64,000 nucleotides of DNA from an uncultured Desulfobacter sp. (GTDB taxonomy: Bacteria > Desulfobacterota > Desulfobacteria > Desulfobacterales > Desulfobacteraceae), in assembly GCA_963665095.1 (NCBI GenBank), contig OY762069.1, forward strand, positions 3,680,001 through 3,744,000, given 5' to 3'. Below the pieces are notes generated by a model. The model worked only from the letters and a program-made list of their open reading frames with translations. It made no database searches and had not been told where the DNA came from. A program made the position numbers and the translations under genes. Position 1 is the stretch's first letter, and the number at the start of each line of letters is the position of its first letter. Of this stretch, positions 31,756-41,200 are shown piece after piece.

Positions 31756-32202
31756 AGTTGGGAAAGTATTTCAGTAACTTATTGAGACTTTGGTATAAAC
31801 ACCCCTGATCCTTATTTTTAGACCCGCTCCTCTCCGACATATCCTAGGCATTTCGATGCTTAGGATATGCATATTTTGTACATAATGAGTGCAAAATATG
31901 CATAAACCCCGATTTTAATCCGAATCGTCCTGATATCAAAACAGACCTTTTTCCAAAATAATTTCAAGGGACTGCACACATTCTTCTCCTCGATGGCACG
32001 AAATTTGTTTAGGCCATGGCCGTATGCTTGAAAAAGGCAGCTGATGCCGTGGCCGGTCCCATACAAGTATCTTAAAGGACCAAAATCATATAGAAACCCT
32101 GTCAAAGCCCCATACAGCAGCCGTTGTGCCGTTCGGAAAATATGTATCTACAGATGTCCGGACAGGCAGTTATCGTGAATTAAACAATTAAGGAGACAAT
32201 TC

Positions 32203-35200
32203 GTGCTGAACCGAATACTTAGTTCCCGTTTACCCCTGTTGGCCTACCATCCGCCTGCAACCTATGATACTGATTTTTTCACAGCGGTCCGGCAGGCAGG
32301 TGCCATGCCTGTACTGGACACTGAATGTTTAGACAGCTTAGAACTGCCCCGGGTCCTGGATCAGATTAAGGCGCAAGACGTACGCCACGGTGTTCGCATC
32401 TATGCTGAAGACAAACATCTCTGGGACTATTTCAATGAGCATCCGGAAACCCTTCCCGAATGTCTCATCATTGCCTATCGCAGTAAAGAGGGGCTGGAAC
32501 AGGCCCCTTCCGTATCTGTGGACTGCCTGATGGTGGAGGTGCGGGACCCGGGCCTTGAAACGCTTTTAAGCACCATAGATCCCCATGGTTTGATTCTCAA
32601 AGGCCGGGAAGCAGGCGGCAGGATATCTTCGCCCTCTTCCTATATCCTGACCCAGTACTATGCCGGGAAAACCCAATTCTTATGCTTTGTTCACGGCGGC
32701 GTGGGCTTTCACACAGCGCCTGGTTTTTTTGCTGCCGGCGCCGCAGGCCTGGTCCTGGATGCCCAGCTCTATCTGGCAGAAGATGCCCCGGTGGCCGATG
32801 CCTTTAAAAATGTTATCCGTCAGATGGAAGAAACGGATACAGCCCTGCTGGATGCAGCGGGCCACGGATTGTTCCGGGTATTTGCCAAACCCGGCACAAA
32901 GGTGGTCCAGGATCTGAACAAAGAGATCAGCCTGAAAAAAGCCAGCAAAGAGTCCCTGGACTTTATTGCCGACAGGCTCCGGCAGAATATGGCCAAACTG
33001 GGCAAAAGCCATGAAGCGCCTATGCAGGCGCTGTTCTACCTGGGCCAGGACGCGGCTTTTGCCAGGCACTTTGCCAAACGGGGCCATTCAATTGCACAGA
33101 TGCTCCATGCCCTGTTTGAGGCAACCGCCCAGGCCCTGAACACCGTGGAAAAATGCGACCCTTTGACCGAAAACTCAAGCCTGGCCAGGGAACACGGCAC
33201 CCGCTTCCCCATTACCCAGGGCCCCATGGCCAATATCTCCGATAACAAAGAATTTGCAAAAGCTGTTTATAAGAACGGGGGCCTGCCTTTTTTCGCCCTG
33301 GGAAGTCTGCCTACGGAAATTGCCGAAAAGATGCTGCCAACGCCTTCTGAACAACTGCCTGTTTTTGGTGCCGGCATGATCGGCATCAAAGCGTTCAACC
33401 CCACCCTGGATCATCACCTGGGCCTGGTAAAGACAAGAAAAGCGCCCTTTGCCCTGTTTGCCGGCGGCATTCCCTCCCAGATCAATGAACTGGAAGCATC
33501 CGGCACCAAAGCCTATCTTCACACCCCCATGCCGGGCGTACTGAAAAACGCCCTGGAAAAAGGGGGCAAGCGGTTTATCTTCGAAGGCAATGAAGCAGGC
33601 GGTCACATCGGCAGCCTGACAAGTTCCGTTCTCTGGGAGCTGAGCCTTGAAACCCTGATGGACCTGCCTGAAGCGAAGTTGTCCGACATCTGTATCCTGT
33701 TTGCCGGCGGTATTGTCTCGGCCAAAGGTTCCCATTTCATATCTGCCATGGCAGCACCGGCTGTCCAAAAGGGGATAAAGGTGGGGATTCAGCTGGGGAC
33801 CGCCTATCTGTTCACCGAAGAGATCGTTGAAACGGGCGCCCTGACAAAGGTTTACCAAAATGTTGTGCGAAAAAAAACCCAGACCGCCGTGATCGGTGCA
33901 ACAGTGGGCCTTTCCTGCCGGACAGCCGGAACTGATTTTGCAGACCAGATGAAGGCAAGGGAGATCCAACGGCTGGCATCGGGTGCCATGAGCCTTTCCG
34001 AGCGCAAATCCGCCTTTGAAAAAGACAACCTAGGCTCCCTTTTGATCAGCGCCAAAGGGGTTACCCCTGATTTTGAAAACAAAAACAACGGGGAGTGGAT
34101 CAGCTACACAAAAGAAGAACAGCTGGAGCACGGCAATTTCATGACCGGTGACGGCCTGCTCTTCTTTGACGGCCAGCTCACCATTGCCCGGATCCATGAA
34201 ATCCTGTTCAAGGAAAAAGCATCGCTTTGGGCCGCCTTAAACGCACTGGAAGTGCTTACCACCCCCTGCGGTCAGATCAATGATGATATTGCCGTGGTGG
34301 GCATGGGCTGCGTGTTCCCCGACGCCCATGATCCTGAAACCTTCTGGCAGAACATCCTGGATAAAAAAGTGAGCATTGGTGAGGTCCCGGATGCACGCTG
34401 GGAAAAATCGCTATATTATGATCCGGATCCCAAGGCCGAAGATAAAACCTACACCAAGATTGCCGGCCTGGTGAATGACTTCAAATTTGATAACGAACGG
34501 TTCGGATATTCGCCTGCCAAGGCTGCCAAGCTCTCACGCAGCCAGCAGATGCTGCTTCATGCAGCTTACCAGGCCGTTGAAAATGCCCGCCTTTTAACCG
34601 ACGATAACCGGATCACCCAAGAGAACCGGGACCGCACCGCCGTGGTGGTTGCCACCTGTTTAGGCAATGAAATGGCATCGGACCTGCACTATAAATATTT
34701 CTTCCCGGAAGTGAAGAAATACCTGGCCCAAGCGCCTGAATTCAAGGCCCTGCCAGACACTGAACAGAAAAAAATAATTGACACCCTGCGCGTTGAAATG
34801 AGCCAGGGCTCTTTGTACGAGCCGGTCCACGGGGTAACCCTGAATATGGAAGCGGCCCGCATTGCCCATCACTTAGGCACCACCGGCACCAACTATGCCG
34901 TGGATGCAGCCTGCGCCACGGCCCTGGCCGCCATTGAATGCGGCATCCAGGAACTGCTTTCCAACAGCCATGACATGGTGATTGCCGGCGGCATCAACAC
35001 CAACCTGGCGCCGGAATCCTTTGTGGGATTCTCCAAGATGGGGACCCTGTCTGCAAACGGATCCTTTCCCTTTGACGCCCGGGCAGACGGGTTTGTCTTG
35101 GGTGAAGGGGCCGGCGTACTGGTACTTAAGCGCTTAAAAGACGCTGTCCGGGACAATGACCCAATCCTAGGCGTCATCAAAGGGGTGGCCTCCTCTTCGG

Positions 35201-38200
35201 ACGGTAAGGGCAAAGGCATTGCCGCCCCCGGCATGGAGGGACAAAAATGTGCCTTCCAGCGCTGCCATGAAAAGATAAAAACCCCGTTCACGCCGGACAT
35301 GGTCCAGTTCATCGAAGCCCACGGCACCGGCACCAAGGTGGGTGACCTGGTGGAAATTGATACCCTGGGACAGGTGTATAACACAGCCTCCCCCACAGGC
35401 GTCTCCTCCATTAAATCCCAGATCGGGCATCTGCTGGGTGCCGCCGGCATGGCCGGTATGATCAAGGCACTTTTAGCCCTGAACCATGAAACCCTGCCCC
35501 CCAACGGGCCCTTTCAAGAACTGTCGCCCAAAATTGACCTTAAGGGCTCCGGCCTCTACATCCTGGACCAGGCAAAGCCCTGGAAAGTCCAGCCTGACCA
35601 GCCGCGTATGGCTGCAGTCAGTGCCTACGGATTCGGCGGCATCAACTACCATGCCGTGGTGGGTGAATTCAACAAAAACACCCCGCTTTTGCCAAGGCAG
35701 ATTTTTGCAGGCCTGGACGATGACCCCAATGACCACCGAATTGTTTTCACAGGTCTTGGGGTTGTGCTGCCCGGGGCCAGGAATGTGGACCAGTTCTGGG
35801 ATGCCATGGTGGCGGGCAAAAAAGCCTACCAGCCCATGCCTGAAGAGCGGCTGCCCAATGCCTATTACGCCGAAGAGACTGAAGCCTCGGGGTTTCGCCT
35901 GCCCATGATGAATGCAGGCATAGTGGATGATTTCCGCCTGGATCCCAAGGTATTCAGGATTCCGCCGGCCGCCATGACATACATGGACCGGGCCCAGCTC
36001 TTCGGCCTGGATGCAGCCGGCCAGGCCATTGACCATGCAGGCATCAAAGACCTGCTCACCGACGGCAACAAGATCGGGGTGATTTTGGGCACCATCTCCG
36101 GCACCCGGAATGTGGAAGCGGTGCTGCGCACCCGAATTCCGTTGCTTTCCCGCATGATCAAGGCCGTTGACGGCGTGGACGGGGCAACCCTTTCCGCCAT
36201 TGCTGAAAATGTGGCAGGCCAGGTAAATGAAAAATACCCGGTAATGACCGGCGACAGTATTCCGGGCATGCTCTCCAACATTGTCTCCGCCCGTATCTCC
36301 AAACACTACAACACCCAGGGCGCCAACTTTGTGGTGGATGCCTCCTGCGCGTCGGCAACCCTTGCCCTGGACATGGCAGTGAAAAACCTTCGGGCCGGCA
36401 ATCTGGACGCCGTGATCACCGGCGGGGTGGACACCAATCTGTATCCGGGCATCCTGCTCTCGTTCAAACGCATCGGCATTCTGGCGGAAAAAGACCCCTG
36501 CCTCTTTGACCAGGAGGCCAACGGCTACGTCATGGGCGAAGGGGCCGCCACCCTGGTGGTGACCACCTATAAATATGCAAAAGCGCATAACCTGCCTGTT
36601 TTAGGAGAGCTCAAAAGCCTGAATCTGTCGGCAAGTGCGCCGGAACACCTGCTCTCCCCGTCTGAAAACCGGTATGAGAAAGTGCTTTCCCAAGACTCAG
36701 GTCAGTTTCACAACCGCAAAAAAGACCTGGCCTACCTTGATGTCTTCGGCGTCTCCCATCCCTTCCTGGATGCCGTGGAAAAACAGGCCATTGAAAAAAG
36801 TCTTCATCATCCTGTGAAATACGGAAACATCAAAACCGAATTTGGATATTTCAAGGCTGCCAACCCGGCCGTGGTCATGACACGGCTTTTACTCATGGCA
36901 GACAAAGGGCAGTTACTGCCCACCCACGGATTTAAACCCGACACAACGATTATTGATAAGGACAGCTTTTTGTCGCCTGTAAAAAATATCACGCCGCTTT
37001 CCACCCAAAGCCTTCTGGGTTCAGATGTCAACGGCATCGGCGGTAACCACGGCCATATGGTTTTAGGCCGTCTACCCCAATACCTTTCCGCAGACACCAT
37101 GAAAACGCCAGTGGCACTGCCTGCTGTTAAGACAGGAAGTTGGCCTGCCATATCTGAGGCAAGACCTTCAGCCACGGTTGTCACAGCGCTTCTCAGCGGC
37201 CAGGGCGCCCAGTTCGGTGGCATGCTGTCAGAACTCTACCGCTCAAAACCGGAAGTTAAAACCATGATGGACTTGGGCGATGCCATCTTCCGGCAGCGCC
37301 GGGGGTACTCTCTGCTGGACTTAATGAAAGCAGGCGGCCCGGACCTGAATCAGACCGAAAACACCCAGCCGGCCATCTTTCTTTCCACCAGTGCCATCTA
37401 CCATGCCCTGAGCCGGAAAGGATTCAGCCCTGATTTTTATATCGGCCACAGCGTGGGTGAATACTCGGCACTTTACTGCGCAGGCATGATTGATTTTAAC
37501 ACTGCCATGAATCTGGTCATGTCCCGTTCCGAGTTCATGGCCAGTGCAGCCAAAGCCAACCCCGGCGGCATCATGGTCCTTTTTGAAGGCGCGGAAAAAA
37601 CCGAAGAGATCATCAGGGCATCCGGCATTTCCGGCATCTGGGCGGTGAATAAAAACAGTGAAAAACAAACCGCTGTTGCAGGAACGACGCCAGGCATTCA
37701 CCAGTTCTGCGGATACCTGAAAACCATAAACATCACCCACAAAAAACTGGCCCTGTCCGCGGCCTTTCACACGCCTTTGATGCAGCCGGCAGCCGACAAT
37801 ATGGCAAAGGTGCTTGCCGACATTGAGTTCAGTGTAGAAAACGCAGATAAAATCATCTCCAATGTCACGGCAGCCCCCTACCCCAAGGATGTCGATACCA
37901 TCCGCACCCAGCTGGCCCGCCAGATTGTCTCTCCTGTGGAGTTTGTTCAGTCTGTCATTGGGGCACATGGCGCAGGCAGCCGCAGGTTTGTGGAAATCGG
38001 TCCGGGCAGGCTGCTTTGCAACCTTCTTAAACATATCTCTATTTCAGATGTAGACGTTCTACCCACCGCAGACGTTAAAATGGGAGAGCTGGCCGCATTT
38101 GAAAATGCCGCTGAAAAATTTGCAGCGAAACCGGAAGAAATGATGCGGGCCCTGCCGGTGACACCCGCGATTCCGGACCGGGGTCCTGATCCCACTCCCG

Positions 38201-41200
38201 AACCGGTACGCGATGTCCCGGCAGACCTCTTGTCAGATGTTGGATTTAAAGCATTTATGCAGGAGAACAACGACCTGGTCCAGGCCGCCCTGAAGCGGGA
38301 ATATGATCTTTTCAGGCAGAAAAAGGCCATGGAAGAGGCGGATAACTTAGGTCTCTACACCGGAGATGTCTGCCTTGCCGGTGTGGCCATCGGCCTTCCA
38401 GGCACCGCCAACCGGGTGTTCAACGAAGACAATTTTGATCAGATCCTGGCCGGCACCAACATGATTGAGCCCCTCACCCAGGAGGAAAAAGCCAAAATTG
38501 TGGACATGAACATCACCCGGGTGTTCAAGGAGCCCAACGGCAATGCCCGGTTTGTGGACATTGTCCGCACCAAGGACGTGATCCAGCTGGCAGGAAAGCT
38601 TGGCTATTTTGACCTGACAGGGGAATACGGCATCAGCCGCAAATTTGACCTGGCAGACGAGCTTGCCATGGCAGCAGGCCTTGAAGCACTGAAAGACGCC
38701 CACATCCCCCTGGTCAAAGGGTATAAAAAGACCTCCACGGGCAGCACGATCCCCAATGGTCTGGTCCTGCCCGAAGAGATGCAGGAGACCACAGGCGTTA
38801 TCATGACAGGGGTTTTCCCGGGCTTAGAGACCCTGCTGCACCAGCTCAACGCCTACTACTACCACAAATTTTACGTCAAACCCTATGATGAGCTGGAAAA
38901 CATCTACTTCCATCTCATGCAGCACCTCACCGACCGGGAGATGAAAGAGGGGATTACCCAGTGGTTCTTTAAAATTTGTGAACGCCGTAAAACCTACGGA
39001 TCATTTAAATTCGAGCGCAATCTGCTCTTTGATATTGTGGCCCTGGGCGGGGCCCACTTTGCCCAGCTCATCCGGGCCAAGGGCCCCAACATCCATCTGA
39101 ACGGGGCGTGCGCCTCCACCACCCAGGCCGTGGGTACGGCCGAGGACTGGATCCGCACCGGACGCTGTGACCGGGTTATCATCATTGGCGGCGAAGGTGC
39201 CACCACTCAAGCCCAGATGCCCTGGGTGGGGTCGGGTTTCCTGGCCATGGGCGCTGCCACCAGCAAAGAGGTGGTGGCCGAAGCGGCCAAACCCTTTGAC
39301 TCGGACCGGGACGGGACTATTCTTGGCTCCGGTGCCGTGGGTCTGGTGGTGGAACGGGCGGACTGTGTTAAACAAAGGGGGCTGAACGGCCAGGCACAGA
39401 TCCTTGGGTCGTTCATCGGTAACAGCGCCTTCCACCCCTCACGCATTGATGTGGACCATCTGGCCGGCCAGCTGCGAAAATTTGTGGCACGAGTGGAGAA
39501 GCGTCATGGCATCAGCCGGTCTGACATCGCTGAAAAAATGGTCTTCATGTCCCATGAAACCTACACGCCTGCCCGGGGCGGCAGTGCATCGGCCGAGGTG
39601 ACCGCATTAAAGCAAGCATTCCCCAATGATTTCGGCCGGATCACCATCACCAACACCAAGGGCTATACCGGCCATACTTTAGGTGCGGGCATTGAAGATG
39701 CCGTCATGGTCAAGGGGTTGCAAAAAGGGATTTTTCCGCCTGTGGCCAACCTGGTCCATGTGCCCGAGGAGTTCAGCGATCTCAACTTTGCAGCCCCTGG
39801 GAACAAAGACTATCAGTTCGGCCTGCACTTCAGTGCCGGATTCGGCTCCCACCACGCGTTTCTGATGGTGCAGCGGCTTGAAGAAAACAAGGTTGAAAAC
39901 AACGAGGTGTACAAGGCATGGCTGGCTAAGATCACCGGCAGTGAAGATCCCATGCTGGCGGTTGTCAATAAAACCCTGTGTGTATTCCCCCGGGACACCA
40001 AACAGCCCCGGGCCAACCGGATTCAGGATACAGACCAGAAAAAAATGGGTGAGGCAGCCGCATCAGGCCATACTGAAGACCTGGCTGCTCAGAGCCGTTC
40101 CGGTGAAACGGCCGCCGCCCCCACACAGAACGGACAGACATCAAAGAAAGATGTCCTGCCCGAAATCACCGCCCTGATTGCCGAACAGACCGGATACACG
40201 GTTGACATGCTGGAGCCGGATCTGGATCTGGAAGCGGACTTAGGCATTGACACGGTCAAGCAGGTGGAAACCTTTGGAAAAATCACAAAGAGCTTTGGCT
40301 TGACGGTTCCCGAGGACATGCAGCTGGCTGAACTGAATACCATCCGCAGAATTGCAGACTATATCAGCAGCCGGATTAAACAGAAAGATACCCAAGGCAA
40401 CCCCACAGCAATCCCGGAATCCGGGGCGTCTGATGCCACAGCCACTTCGGCCATAGACCCGGCCGAGGTAACAGCCAGAATCACGACCCTGATTGCCGAA
40501 CAGACCGGGTACACCGAAGATATGCTGGAACCGGAACTGGATCTGGAGGCAGACCTTGGCATTGACACGGTCAAACAGGTGGAGACCTTTGGCAAAATTA
40601 CCAAGGACTTTGGATTAACGGTTCCCGAGGATCTGGCCATGTCTGAGTTAAACACCATCCAGCGGATTGCCGACTATATTGCCGAAAGCATTGAACCCCT
40701 GGCGGCTCAAAACCCGTCTGCTCCCCAATCTTCCGTTCCCCAACCTTCCGGGGCCATGCCGGAGTCCGGATCAACAGCCGCGCCATCAGGCACCACAGAT
40801 GTGACAAAAAAAATTGTCTCCCTCATAGCCGAGCAGACCGGATACACCGAAGATATGCTGGAACCGGAGCTGGATCTGGAGGCGGATCTTGGCATTGACA
40901 CGGTCAAACAGGTGGAGACCTTTGGCAAAATAACCAAAGCCTTTGGCCTGGAGCTTCCCGAGGATCTTAATCTGGGGGAACTGAGTACCATCCAGAAGAT
41001 CAGTGAGTTTATTTCCGGCCAGTTAGGGGATTCTACAGCCACACGTAGAACATCTTCCGACCAGCCTGTTGAAACACAGACATCACCGGCAACACCCAGT
41101 GAAGGACAGGCAGAAGAGACCCCAGGCGAGAACCCGGAACAAGATAACCAGGACGGCATCCAGGCCTTCAGTTTCGGCCTGCGCAAACTGCCGGAACCAT

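Noticed and set aside
32017..32032. Second sigma54-like site TGGCCG-TATGC-TTGA
   Set aside because: Mismatches in both elements; too weak to call.
40165..41010. Direct repeats as a CRISPR array or assembly artefact
   Set aside because: They are about 200-bp in-frame, diverged ACP-coding units with peptide linkers.
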